Shown here piece by piece: positions 20,458 to 30,671 of a stretch of DNA of 64,000 nt; position 1 is the stretch's first letter; each line of letters starts with the position of its first letter. Source of the DNA: an uncultured Nitrososphaeraceae archaeon. Lineage in GTDB: Archaea > Thermoproteota > Nitrososphaeria > Nitrososphaerales > Nitrososphaeraceae. The position numbers and the translations under genes were made by a program. Location of the stretch: positions 60,338 through 124,337 of the forward strand of contig CAVSMN010000014.1 in assembly GCA_963729045.1 (NCBI GenBank), given 5' to 3'. The notes beneath the pieces are model-generated. The model had not been told where the DNA came from. It saw only the letters and a list, made by a program, of their open reading frames with translations, and did no database searches.

Positions 20458-21309
20458 TCAAATATATGATGGAGCTGTTCTCTTTGAAAGTCCTCGTACA
20501 TAAATGTCAAATTTGCTATCCATGTTCAAGGTATCACTCGAGACAGGATTGTCAGTCATCTTAATATTTAATCCCCTTATTATTATGACTGGAGTCGACG
20601 CGTCAGATTCTCCCATTATCATCGTCCCGAGGGAAGCCAGACAATCGGCAAGATTTTGAGATGTATATTTTAGAACATTTCCAAAAAGATCAAAAGTCCC
20701 TTTCAGGTCTATTACTGGTTCAAACCCGCAGCAAGCTAATGCAACGCCTACTGTACCTTTTCTCATAGGTAAGATTCTACTATCCGACAATACTATCCCG
20801 ACCCTTTTCAAGGAATTTACCAAAAATTTCTGTTTGAGGATCTCTATGGAGTGGTACGGATATTTTGGATACAAAACAACACTACCTTTGGGCACGTTTG
20901 ACTTATCAATGCCTGCATTAGGCGCCAACACTTTATGAATAGATGTTAGAACAAAGCCATATAGTCCACCAAAAATTTCATCAGACTCCCTGAGAATTAG
21001 TTCCATCATTTTTGGATCTATGTGATAAAGTTTAGATGCTTGAATAGCCTGACTACTTGGTTTTATCCTAGTTAATTTCTTGATCCTACCTTCACTTATC
21101 GAAAGATATTTGCTTGATATAACAAGCACATCGTTATCTTCGATGTTTATTTTTCCTATGTTCTTGCTAATTTTATCATACAAATCAAATTCTGATGATT
21201 CTCTATCTAGGTGGATGGGAATAACTTCCAAATTATGGTATTTCTCAAAGCAATCTATATAATTAATTTTATTCTGATTGACTTTAAATTCTTCAAAAGC
21301 TAAATTCAA
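20458..21309 (-). CDS. cofE: Coenzyme F420-0:L-glutamate ligase
   Basis: VISSKYLSISEGR, PNAGIDKSN, DLFGNVL, MGESDASTPV. Confidence 0.92.
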   Translation of the reverse strand: MNLAFEEFKVNQNKINYIDCFEKYHNLEVIPIHLDRESSEFDLYDKISKNIGKINIEDNDVLVISSKYLSISEGRIKKLTRIKPSSQAIQASKLYHIDPKMMELILRESDEIFGGLYGFVLTSIHKVLAPNAGIDKSNVPKGSVVLYPKYPYHSIEILKQKFLVNSLKRVGIVLSDSRILPMRKGTVGVALACCGFEPVIDLKGTFDLFGNVLKYTSQNLADCLASLGTMIMGESDASTPVIIIRGLNIKMTDNPVSSDTLNMDSKFDIYVRGLSKRTAPSYI

Positions 21310-21349
21310 AAAGTATTAATCATTAGCAGTCATATTTAATAATATTACT

Positions 21350-22627
21350 ATGGGAATGACATTAACCGAAAAAATCCTAGCTCATTCCTCAAATTCTAAA
21401 GCGGTTACTCCTGGAGACATCATCTTTTCCAACGTTGATAAAGCGATGATTCATGATGTATCAGGTCCTGGAGTTATCAAGGTGTTTAAGGAATTGGAAA
21501 AAAAGGGCTATAAATTGGAAAAATTATGGGACCCTGATAAAGTATGGATTTCTGAAGATCACTTTGTTCCAGCCTCCGATAGAATTTCTGCTGACAATGT
21601 GATACAATTAACAAAATGGGCTCAAAAATATGGTATTAAGAAACACTTCAAGTATGGAATGGGACAATATGGCATTTGTCATACGATTTCTCATGAAGAG
21701 GGGTTAGTGTTACCTGGAGAAGTTTATGTTGGTGGAGATTCACATACTAATACTACAGGTGCAATTGGTGCTTTTAGTGCAGGGCTTGGTCATACAGATA
21801 TTGCCTATGTCTTAAAACATGGCAAAATTTGGTTTAAGGTACCAGAAACTATGATGTTTAAGGTAACAGGAAAAAAACCAGATTATATTATGGCCAAAGA
21901 TATTATCTTGAATATTATTTCTGATATAGGGACTGATGGGGCAAATTACAAGGCGATGCAATTTAGTGGTAGTGTTATAGATGGTATGGAAATGGAGGAA
22001 AGATTTACTTTAACTAATATGACAACTGAGGCAGGTGCAAAAAACGGAATAATTGAACCAGATAGCACTACTGTAGATTATTTAAGGACAAGACTCGGGG
22101 CATTAGACTTTAACCTAATTAAAGGAGATCCAAATGCCGAATTTAGTGAAATATTTGATTATGATTGCGAAAAAATGGAACCTTCTGTGGCAAAACCATA
22201 CTCGCCGGAGAATGTTGTCCCCGTAAGAGAGGTTCAAGGCACAGAAATAGACAAAGCCTATATAGGATCTTGTACTGGTGCAAAGCTTTCTGACCTCAGA
22301 TCTGCAGCCAAGATCTTGGAAGGAAAAAAAGTTAAAGTACGAACCGAGGTGCTCCCTGCTGCTCAATCAATCTATATGAAGGCTATTAAAGAGGGCTTGG
22401 TTACCATTTTTATGGAGTCTGGGGCAGTTATTGGTCCACCTACATGTGGAGCTTGTTGCGGTGCTCATATGGGTGTTTTAGGAAAGGATGAAATTTGTGC
22501 AAGCACGACTAACAGAAATTTTCCAGGTAGAATGGGAGATGTAACGTCGCAAACATATCTTGCCTCCCCGATGGTTGTAGCTGCGTCAGCGATTACCGGA
22601 AAATTAACGGACCCGAGGGATTTATGA
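21350..22627 (+). CDS. Homoaconitase/3-isopropylmalate dehydratase family, large subunit
   Basis: GMTLTEKIL, GDSHT, IGSCTG, PTCGACCG, STTNRNFPGRMG. Confidence 0.93.
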   Translation: MGMTLTEKILAHSSNSKAVTPGDIIFSNVDKAMIHDVSGPGVIKVFKELEKKGYKLEKLWDPDKVWISEDHFVPASDRISADNVIQLTKWAQKYGIKKHFKYGMGQYGICHTISHEEGLVLPGEVYVGGDSHTNTTGAIGAFSAGLGHTDIAYVLKHGKIWFKVPETMMFKVTGKKPDYIMAKDIILNIISDIGTDGANYKAMQFSGSVIDGMEMEERFTLTNMTTEAGAKNGIIEPDSTTVDYLRTRLGALDFNLIKGDPNAEFSEIFDYDCEKMEPSVAKPYSPENVVPVREVQGTEIDKAYIGSCTGAKLSDLRSAAKILEGKKVKVRTEVLPAAQSIYMKAIKEGLVTIFMESGAVIGPPTCGACCGAHMGVLGKDEICASTTNRNFPGRMGDVTSQTYLASPMVVAASAITGKLTDPRDL

Positions 22628-23118
22628 TGGTTTTAAAAGGTACTGTGCATAAATACAATAGGCCGAATATAGACACGGATGTTATAATTCCAGGTCCGTA
22701 TCTAAAAATTCATGATCATGACGAACTTGCAAAACATGCCATGGAAGGATTAGATGCTAATTTTATAAACAAAGTTTCAAAAGGTGATTTTCTCTTGGTG
22801 GGTCATAATTTTGGGTGTGGATCTAGTAGGGAACATGCTCCAATTGCTCTATCAAAAACGGGTATTAAAGCTATTTTGTCTCCATCTTTTGCAAGAATCT
22901 TCTACAGAAATTCTATAGATGGTGGTTATTTACTACCAATTGAAATTGAAGAAAATATTTTGGAAAAAATAGATGATAAGGATGAAATAGAAATTAATTT
23001 AGACACGAATACCGTTTTCAACGTTACTAAAAAAGAATCTTATCCAATCAAACCATTTAGTAAAATAATTTCTGATATCATAGAAGCCGGTGGGCTTTTT
23101 AACTATCAAATCCCTTGA
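22624..23118 (+). CDS. Homoaconitase/3-isopropylmalate dehydratase family, small subunit
   Basis: NIDTDVIIPG, NFGCGSSREHA, SFARIFYRN. Confidence 0.93.
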   Translation: MMVLKGTVHKYNRPNIDTDVIIPGPYLKIHDHDELAKHAMEGLDANFINKVSKGDFLLVGHNFGCGSSREHAPIALSKTGIKAILSPSFARIFYRNSIDGGYLLPIEIEENILEKIDDKDEIEINLDTNTVFNVTKKESYPIKPFSKIISDIIEAGGLFNYQIP

Positions 23119-23179
23119 AAAATATCAAAGCATTCAATTAAAAATGAATACTTTTTAATTTTCACAAAATTCAAAGAAG

Positions 23180-23653
23180 CTAGTCGGGATGTACTTTACT
23201 AATGTAGGAATTTGATGATTGCAATATGCTTGCAGGATTTAGGTACTCAAAATCTAATTTATTTTGAGAATGATAAAACATAATCTGTTTCTTTCTTTCC
23301 TCGTCTATAACATCTGAGTTAGAGTAGTATACTACGAGCTCAAATAAATCCAACTCTTCGAATCGTTTTACATGGGCCATCTGTATATCCCCGTGTTTAA
23401 AACACATTGAATGTGCCAAGGCACATGCAAATTCAAAATTCTTTCCCCTGAAATTTTCGATTACAAGATTCGAGGATATCGTTTCAAGCAATTCGATTCT
23501 ATTTGATTGATGGCTGATATCGTAATTATTTTGCATGGTTTCGCCTACTATTTTGTTCTCAAATAATATTTTTATTTCGCATTTATTAAAAAACGATTCC
23601 ATCAGATATTGCCGGCTCCGTCTCATTAAAGAATGATGCAGTCTCCAACTCAT
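23180..23653 (-). CDS. Hypothetical protein
   Basis: 157-aa ORF with no recognised motif. Confidence 0.5.
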   Translation of the reverse strand: MSWRLHHSLMRRSRQYLMESFFNKCEIKILFENKIVGETMQNNYDISHQSNRIELLETISSNLVIENFRGKNFEFACALAHSMCFKHGDIQMAHVKRFEELDLFELVVYYSNSDVIDEERKKQIMFYHSQNKLDFEYLNPASILQSSNSYISKVHPD

Positions 23654-23807
23654 TTATCTTGTGGAATTATTTACTAGTCTTCTTGAATAGTCTTTTAACA
23701 CTTAATATGAAATAGCTTTAATGCAAGAAAAAAATATTTTAGGTTGAATAATCTCGCAAAAAACCGGTTCTAATCGAATCCGATTGAAATTTCTCATACT
23801 TTATTTG

Positions 23808-24419
23808 TCACGAGTAGGTTCCAGTCAAGTCTCTATATACCTCAAGTGCACTTTCTATATTATTATTTATAATAGAATGAAATACTTTTCCACTAAAAGA
23901 ATAACTAACCAAAAAAGGTTCATTTGTTATAATACGCAATCCATTCCCAGAGAACTGGACACTACCGGTGTTTTTGGGCTCGTCAAGCAGATTAGTTGGA
24001 ATTACCGCAGTATCGTTAATAGGAAATGTATATAGTGTTCCAAATTGGACAGGCAGTTTCAAGCTATTATTTATAGTCAATATATTCAACGATTGTATTT
24101 GTACGGGTTTACTCGAAGTAAAAGTCAATACTCCTGAATAAGTAGTGCTTTCATTTTTGACTGGGAAAATAAAAAATGATTGTTCAAGCCCTGAATTGTG
24201 AAAGACATCAGGATTTGAGGATACTGTTCCACTAAAAGAAACGTCCTGAGATCCTTGACTGGTATTATTCATGCTAACTGTGGCGAAAACAGAAAGTGAA
24301 AAACCTGGTGTTACATAAATAAAAAAAATTACTAATAGTACAATTAGAGTGAGCCTTGGCATCCTAAAAAATGAACTGCATTGGCACTTGTTGCTGTTAT
24401 AGATTGATACTTTGATCAT
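23808..24419 (-). CDS. Secreted hypothetical protein
   Basis: Signal peptide (likely start MPRLTL); YSGVLTFTSSKPVQI; many N-x-S/T sequons. Confidence 0.7.
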   Translation of the reverse strand: MIKVSIYNSNKCQCSSFFRMPRLTLIVLLVIFFIYVTPGFSLSVFATVSMNNTSQGSQDVSFSGTVSSNPDVFHNSGLEQSFFIFPVKNESTTYSGVLTFTSSKPVQIQSLNILTINNSLKLPVQFGTLYTFPINDTAVIPTNLLDEPKNTGSVQFSGNGLRIITNEPFLVSYSFSGKVFHSIINNNIESALEVYRDLTGTYS

Positions 24420-24470
24420 TGGACTAATTAAATATTTGATTCTATGGTTGATAATTAAAACTATTAGAAT

Positions 24471-24659
24471 TTATTGAGTTAAATCAACAATGCTCTTCTG
24501 AATTACTTGCTTGGCTTCATTTGAAATATTATAACAATCAAGTATTTTTTTTGGGCTCCTAATCAGTCGTTTCCTGAATTCGGGTTCACTGGCTGCCTTA
24601 AGTAAAATCTCGCTTATAACTTCAGCTTCTATATTGATAGAACTCAAGTAGTTCCTCAA
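24471..24659 (-). CDS. Os1348/NHLP-clan (nitrile-hydratase-leader-like) small protein
   Basis: EILLKAASEPEFRKRLIRSPKKILDCYNIS fits the I..rA..DpeFR..Ll.dP..aL..y.l pattern; divergent from ycaO. Confidence 0.7.
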   Translation of the reverse strand: MRNYLSSINIEAEVISEILLKAASEPEFRKRLIRSPKKILDCYNISNEAKQVIQKSIVDLTQ

Positions 24660-24806
24660 GAGGAATTATATTATATATACTTTTACTATTCCCCTCTGCT
24701 TTTTATGAACCATTAATCCATCTATGCCCTTTGATTTAGCATTAACATCATAGTCAATCCAATAATTAAAATAATATCTTATAGAAATGATGAATGTAAA
24801 TTCTTA

Positions 24807-26151
24807 TTGAAAACTACATCTCAATTATTATTGAAATCTCAAAAAAAATGGAATGCGATGGGTACATCTAGAATCCAGCCAGTAGAACAAACTTTGGAAA
24901 AAGTAAATTCCTTGATTCAGGAGATTGGGATTACAAGAATTGCAGATATTACAAATATGGATAGGCTTAAAATACCTAATTTTTCAGCCGTATTACCAGG
25001 AACTGAAGACTACATCTGGGTATATAGTGGAAAGGGTCCGACGAAAAACCATGCAAGGGCTAGTGTTATCATGGAAAGCATTGAAAGGTTTTCATCATTA
25101 CCTGCAAATTTCGACGGAAAAATTCAAAGGGGCACTTTTAAAGAATTATCTCAAAGTTATACTGTTCTAAAATATGATGAAGTAGTGGAACCAGTTTCAT
25201 TCCACTTGAATGAAGAAATGATAATGGATTATTGTATCGGTTATGATTTATTAAATAACACAGAAGTATTGGTGCCTGCGCCATTAACAATTTTCAGATA
25301 TACTCCGTCGCCACCATCCATAAATCCTTACTCCTTCTTCCATACAAATGGATTGGCTTCTGGGAATGTAATCGAAGAAGCAATTTGTCATGCCCTATGC
25401 GAAGTTGTAGAAAGGGATGCAGTGAGTTTGGCGGAATTCACTTCTAGTGCATTTCAGTATCATATCTTGAAAACTGTTGAAAATTCGCTTGTAAAGAAGG
25501 GGTTTTCAATTAAAGTCATTTGACTCAAAGAACTTTATGGATGATGATTCTATTTATCCCGAAATTGATCTGAACAGTATCGAACACGTTCCTATTAAGA
25601 GAGTCGTTAATAGGTTTAGGAGTTCTCAAATATCCTTGACAGTAAAGGATATTACATCCGACCTCGGAATTCCAACTTTCATAGCAAGTAGTGCCGAGTG
25701 GGTTAATCATGAATATGGATATTTGGTAGAAGGTCATGGAACTCATCCAGATGCACGAATTGCACTTATGAGGGCAATAACAGAAGTATCCCAATCAAGA
25801 GCAGCTAATATTCAAGGTTCGAGGGATGATCTAAGAAAGATGAAATATGATCCTGAAAATAGTGATGAAAACAGATCATGGCAATTCATAAAGTCAAAAG
25901 AAAAAAAATCATTTTCAGATGTTCACACATTTACCTATGATGATATACTAGATGACATAAAACTTATACTGAGTAGTTTAAAAGCAAAAGGTCTAAAGAA
26001 AGCTATCGTGGTAAACTTGACTAATTCAAAATTAAATATACCAGTTATTAGAGTCATTGTCCCTGGATTGGAAACATTCAAAATAAATAAAGCAGTTATC
26101 GGTCAAAGAGCCAAGGAAAGTGTTAAAAAATGGTTAGGTCCAAACCTGTAA
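24807..26151 (+). CDS. ycaO: YcaO-family protein (TfuA-associated, thioamide-forming type), split by an apparent +1 frameshift near 25513
   Basis: GITRIADITNMDRL, SGKG, MESIERFS, TNGLASGN, ALCEVVERDA; second ORF has RAITEVSQSR, GSRDD, IPVIRVIVPGLE. Joined length about 447 aa. Confidence 0.9.
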
Positions 26152-26791
26152 TATTTTTAGGACCGTCTCTATCAAGGGAGAAAGCAAGAAAAATTCTAGA
26201 CGCAGATTACCGACTACCTGCTAAAAAAGGGGACCTGCTTCAGTTGATACTAAAAGAAGTTGATATTGTTGGATTGGTTGACGGATATTTTCTTCAGGAT
26301 TATCCCCCTACCCCAATTGAGGTATATAATTTAGTCCGAAAAAGGAATGTAAAGGTTTTTGGATCATCGAGTTTGGGTGCACTTCGGGCAGTCGAACTTG
26401 GTAAATACGGGATGATAGGAATAGGAAAAATTTTTAGACTTTTTAGGGATGGAATCTTGGAGTCTGATGATGAAGTAGCTGTGACGTTTACGGATTATAC
26501 AAATTACAAATCAGAAGCATTGATTGATATTAGATACAATTTGTTTTTGGCTCAAGAAATACAAGATCATAGACAATAGAGACCGGAAGATCGATCCTTA
26601 AAGTATCAAAACAGACCTATTTTCCTTATAGGACTTACGAAGATATTTTGGACAAATGTAAATTAAAGTATCCTGAAATCAATTCTCAGGTTGAAAGTTT
26701 TAGAGGTTATATCTTGAATAATAAAAAGAGTTTGAAGGAAAGAGATGCTGTGCGATTATTAAAGCACATCAAGAGTATCAATGAACCATGA
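26130..26791 (+). CDS. tfuA: TfuA-like protein, frameshifted near 26555-26580
   Basis: VIFLGPSL, PAKKGDL, LVDGYF, GSSSLGALRAVEL, GMIGIG, DDEVAV, SEALIDIR. The downstream frame continues KQTYFPYRTY...SLKERDAVRLL to TGA at 26789-26791. Confidence 0.88.
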
Positions 26792-26843
26792 CATCAATAA
26801 AGTTAATTTTATATTCGCTACAATTTAACTAACAGTACTGCTC

Positions 26844-27424
26844 ATGAATAATATGTTGACCAATTTTTTTCATAGTATTGATTCACGTTTTATTTACATA
26901 GTATTTTTCTATTTTTCAGCATTTATGATGCTGTATATAACAATGTTTGGAATGTATTGGAGTTGGGTGGAATATGATAAAACCGGTGCATTAAATATAG
27001 GCGAAACAATCGTAAAGAACGATTTAATCTTTGATGGATCTGGCAAATTGGTTACTTATCTTGCAATTTTCTCAGTTATCACATGGTTTTGTGTTACCAA
27101 AATCGGTTATAGCAGAGTACAAGAATACACCTAAAATAGTTCGATCAGTATTATCTGTATTATGCAATTATCTTGATAGTCGTTGCAGCTTATGAATTTA
27201 CTTACAATTTTACGGTGTGGGGAGCGTTGATTACTGTACATACAATCAATAACTCTTTGAATTTTGATGAAATCAATATAAGTTATCCTAACCCTGAAAC
27301 ACCATGGAATTTAGTTTTCGCAACTAAAATGACTCTTGCGGCTCTTATAATTTCTTGCCATGCTTTTTACATCATTCAAAGATCAGACAAGAAATCATCT
27401 ATTTACGTGAAAGAACAGTCCTGA
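26844..27424 (+). CDS. Multi-pass membrane protein, split into two ORFs by a probable frameshift
   Basis: ORFs 26844..27134 and 27173..27424 are both hydrophobic and contiguous; YPNPETPWNLVFATKM. Confidence 0.6.
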
Positions 27425-27432
27425 AGTACTGC

Positions 27433-27503
27433 GCTCATCTCAATCTCCATCCTCAATCTATCCTCATCTCATCCTCAATCTCCATCCTCCAATCTCCACC
27501 TCC
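27433..27503. repeat. Pyrimidine-rich degenerate short tandem repeat (CTCAATCTCCATC-like)
   Basis: ctcatctcaatctccatcctcaatctatcctcatctcatcctcaatctccatcctccaatctccacctcc. Confidence 0.6.
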
Positions 27504-27684
27504 AAAACTCCTCTGTTGGGGCACATGTAGATAAAACCTGGATTCTATTGAAAAAATAAATCAAAATTTATGAACTTGAGAAATCAAAAGTATTTGGAAA
27601 TTGCTATCCACAGAACACTAGAACTGCTTAACGTGTACTACATTTCAATATTTTGATACTTGGTATTTTTAAGTTGTTTCTTGA

Positions 27685-28308
27685 ATGTTTTCTTTCCTGG
27701 TGTCACTTAAGAAAATCACAAGATTTTTTATGATGATTAGAAAACTATTGATAGTGAAAATCGGCGTAATCTCAGATACCCACGATGATATTGAAAATAC
27801 TGAAAAAGCAATAAATATTTTTAACTTGATGAAGGTAAATCATGTTTTTCATGCAGGTGATTACGTTTATCCCGGGATGATTAGTTTATTCAAGAAATTA
27901 GACAAAGAAACAAAATTTTATGGGGTTCGGGGGAACAATGATGGGGAATTAATGGGTATCACAAGACAGTTCGATGAAATTGAAAATGCTCTATTTCTAA
28001 ACGAATTTGGAAAACTCTTGATTTCATCAAAAAAAATAGGCATATATCATGGAACAAACTCTGACTTGTCAGAATCCTTAGTGGAAAGTCAATTATTCGA
28101 CATTTTAATACTCGGTCATACCCATATCAAAAGAATTGAAAAAATGGGAAAAACCCTTGTGTTAAACCCCGGAGCTTTGAACAGGAATTTCTTTTCTAAA
28201 AAAACTACTGACGATCCTTGTGTAATCGTCTATGATGAAAAACGGAAATTGGCCGAATTTATAAACATTAATAGTACCAAGAACACAGAGTATGACTTTG
28301 GAAAATGA
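27685..28308 (+). CDS. YfcE/MJ0936-family metallophosphoesterase (true start probably GTG near 27754)
   Basis: ISDTHD, HAGD, RGNND, YHG, GHTH, NPG. Confidence 0.9.
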   Translation: MFSFLVSLKKITRFFMMIRKLLIVKIGVISDTHDDIENTEKAINIFNLMKVNHVFHAGDYVYPGMISLFKKLDKETKFYGVRGNNDGELMGITRQFDEIENALFLNEFGKLLISSKKIGIYHGTNSDLSESLVESQLFDILILGHTHIKRIEKMGKTLVLNPGALNRNFFSKKTTDDPCVIVYDEKRKLAEFININSTKNTEYDFGK

Positions 28309-28481
28309 TTTGAACTTTGCACTTTGATTCCTTATATATCAGCTCAAATGAGTTTTCCATAGTAGATTCATAGTGCAAAACGCAAGAACAACAACAACGA
28401 AAAAAATATTAGTTGATACTAGTTACTTCTACGATTAAATCACTCAAGGTAAATAATATATAAAATCATTGATATGGTACT

Positions 28482-28835
28482 TTGTTATCACATGAACCGA
28501 GGGAAAAAGTGGAATTGAACGAAACAAGTTCTGATAAAAACAGTAACATCGATAATACTATAAAAGTAAATGATGATCAAACTACTCAAGTTAAAAATCA
28601 AACTAGTCATGATATTAAAGCCAATGAGGAAATTTCGGATGAGACACTTGCTGCCAAAGGTCCAACGAATCTTGATAAGGAAAATCTCACCAGTGCTGAT
28701 CTGAAGACAAAGTTAACTTCAAACTATTTTTGCTTCGATTGCGGAGCGGTGTTGACTACCTTAGAAGACAAAAAACAACACGAATTATTCGAAATTGAAA
28801 GAAAGGATCGAAATGATTTAGAGAATGGTGATTAA
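28482..28835 (+). CDS. Acidic hypothetical protein with C-terminal CxxC zinc-finger-like motif
   Basis: YFCFDCGAVLTTLEDKKQH. Confidence 0.65.
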   Translation: MLSHEPREKVELNETSSDKNSNIDNTIKVNDDQTTQVKNQTSHDIKANEEISDETLAAKGPTNLDKENLTSADLKTKLTSNYFCFDCGAVLTTLEDKKQHELFEIERKDRNDLENGD

Positions 28836-28938
28836 CTAAGAAAAAGGAATGAAGCAAATACTGTAATACATTATTGTTTTTGTTCACTGTAATATTTAGG
28901 GACCAGGCCCTTCTTTTTTGATTGTTATGATATATTAG

Positions 28939-29271
28939 TTAGGTATCATTATGTTCATATCTTTGAATATCTATAACTACTTTATCCCCAACCTTGATCT
29001 TTAGATCGTCATATTCTTTCATGGTTACTTTGAAAGTAGGGGCATCGCTTACTGCGCCTCCACCAAACATATTAGAGATATTTGACATGGCTTTAGGCAG
29101 ATTCTTCATAAGGTCTTCAGGAGAAGTAAAAGCCATTACATTGGAACCAAAAGGATTCATTTGCTTATCACCAGATTTTAAATATTCATTTGGATCCTTG
29201 AATGATACGTATATATAAGGAGAACCATCAGTGGATGCTTCAATTTTGGCAACTATGAATTCTTTTTTCAT
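28939..29271 (-). CDS. Hypothetical protein, arcadin-1-like
   Basis: DGSPYIYV...AFTS..LMKNL...FGGG...T..EYDDLKIKVGDKVVIDI resembles the crenarchaeal arcadin-1 pattern (from memory). Confidence 0.55.
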   Translation of the reverse strand: MKKEFIVAKIEASTDGSPYIYVSFKDPNEYLKSGDKQMNPFGSNVMAFTSPEDLMKNLPKAMSNISNMFGGGAVSDAPTFKVTMKEYDDLKIKVGDKVVIDIQRYEHNDT

Positions 29272-29320
29272 TTATACTTATTAGTGATAATCGATATAAT
29301 AAATATTTAATTCTAAAAAA

Positions 29321-30559
29321 TTAAGAGATTTTATATATACTTCCACTTTCTAAGGAAACGATATATATATCTCCATCTGGACCTGTTTGAATGTCAGTAA
29401 TGCTGCCAAACCCTGTTCCTAAAATGTAACTATTTAATTCTTCCTCTGAATCAATAATAGCGTCCTGTATTTCCAATCCGTCTCTTTGGTCATTTAATTT
29501 AAAAAAATACAGGTTACCATTATTATTATCTCCTACTAAAATATTGTTGGTGTAGTCAGGTCCTAGGTTGGTACTATTGATGAATTCTATGTCTGTGATC
29601 GCAGTGGGTTCAAGCCAACTTATCTCTGGATCTGAATAGTTAGAATTGGGTGAAAGGAAGACAAGATCTTTTATTTCGTCAGCTGATGCAGCTGGACCCA
29701 TTATTGATCTCCAACCGCTATTAAATCCAGGCTCGACCAGATTTATTTCATCAGAAAAGGATGGACCATTCTCTGTGTCCCAGACATCTCCGGTAATCGG
29801 ATCTACAGTAAGACCAAAGGAATTTCTAATACCGTATGCAAAAGTTTTATCAATATTAGGAACATCGCTCCCTACAAAGGGATTATCGACAGGTGCAGAA
29901 CCTGTATGTGGATCAATCCTGTAAATAGAACCAGTATAGTCTGGATCTCCTCCATTCTCAAAATTCTGTAATTTAGTTCTGTGGTTTAAATCCCCTATTA
30001 TGGCGTAAAGATTGTTGTCTTTGCCTAGAGTTATCTTACCACCATTGTGATTTGGTCCAGGTATGGCGGGCAAATCTAAGATCAACTTTTGATTAGTAAG
30101 ATCAGTACCATCCCATTCAAAACTATACACTCTATTACGCAAGTTCTCATTGGGGTCTGTCACGGTTTGATCAGCGTCGTTTTCGGTAACATAAAAGAAA
30201 ACTAGTGTGGTGTTATTTTCCTTCATTACTTCCACTCCTAATAAACCGCGTTCACTTTCAAAATTGACGTCAAATTGCTTCAACGGAGTATCCTGTAATA
30301 TGCCATCTGAAATTAATTTTACGTTACCTTTTTTTTCAATTACTATGATATCCTTTCCAGAATCGTCAAGAAATGCCATTCCTGTAGGCGACGTAAAACC
30401 CCTGTAGACTGGTTGCAAACTGAGGTTCGGATCTTTTATAGTCTGAGCACTAATCAATCCAATATCAAGTGACTTGGACTGGGTGATCAATAAAATCAAC
30501 AAGCAGGTCCACACGGTCAATAGGCCAGTACAGCATAAAGACCTAAGTTTTAAAGCCAT
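29321..30559 (-). CDS. PQQ-dependent glucose/sorbosone dehydrogenase family beta-propeller
   Basis: ERGLLG, NHNGG, FAYGIRNSFG, WDTENGP..DEIN, GPDG; signal peptide. Confidence 0.92.
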   Translation of the reverse strand: MALKLRSLCCTGLLTVWTCLLILLITQSKSLDIGLISAQTIKDPNLSLQPVYRGFTSPTGMAFLDDSGKDIIVIEKKGNVKLISDGILQDTPLKQFDVNFESERGLLGVEVMKENNTTLVFFYVTENDADQTVTDPNENLRNRVYSFEWDGTDLTNQKLILDLPAIPGPNHNGGKITLGKDNNLYAIIGDLNHRTKLQNFENGGDPDYTGSIYRIDPHTGSAPVDNPFVGSDVPNIDKTFAYGIRNSFGLTVDPITGDVWDTENGPSFSDEINLVEPGFNSGWRSIMGPAASADEIKDLVFLSPNSNYSDPEISWLEPTAITDIEFINSTNLGPDYTNNILVGDNNNGNLYFFKLNDQRDGLEIQDAIIDSEEELNSYILGTGFGSITDIQTGPDGDIYIVSLESGSIYKIS

Positions 30560-30671
30560 TGGGATAATATTTAGAACATTTGATATAAATTAGTATTATT
30601 TTTCATTCAAAATCGTAGAATGAGTCCGGTTATTTATGAATCCTTTAGTGATTTTCGACCAAATAAATCAT

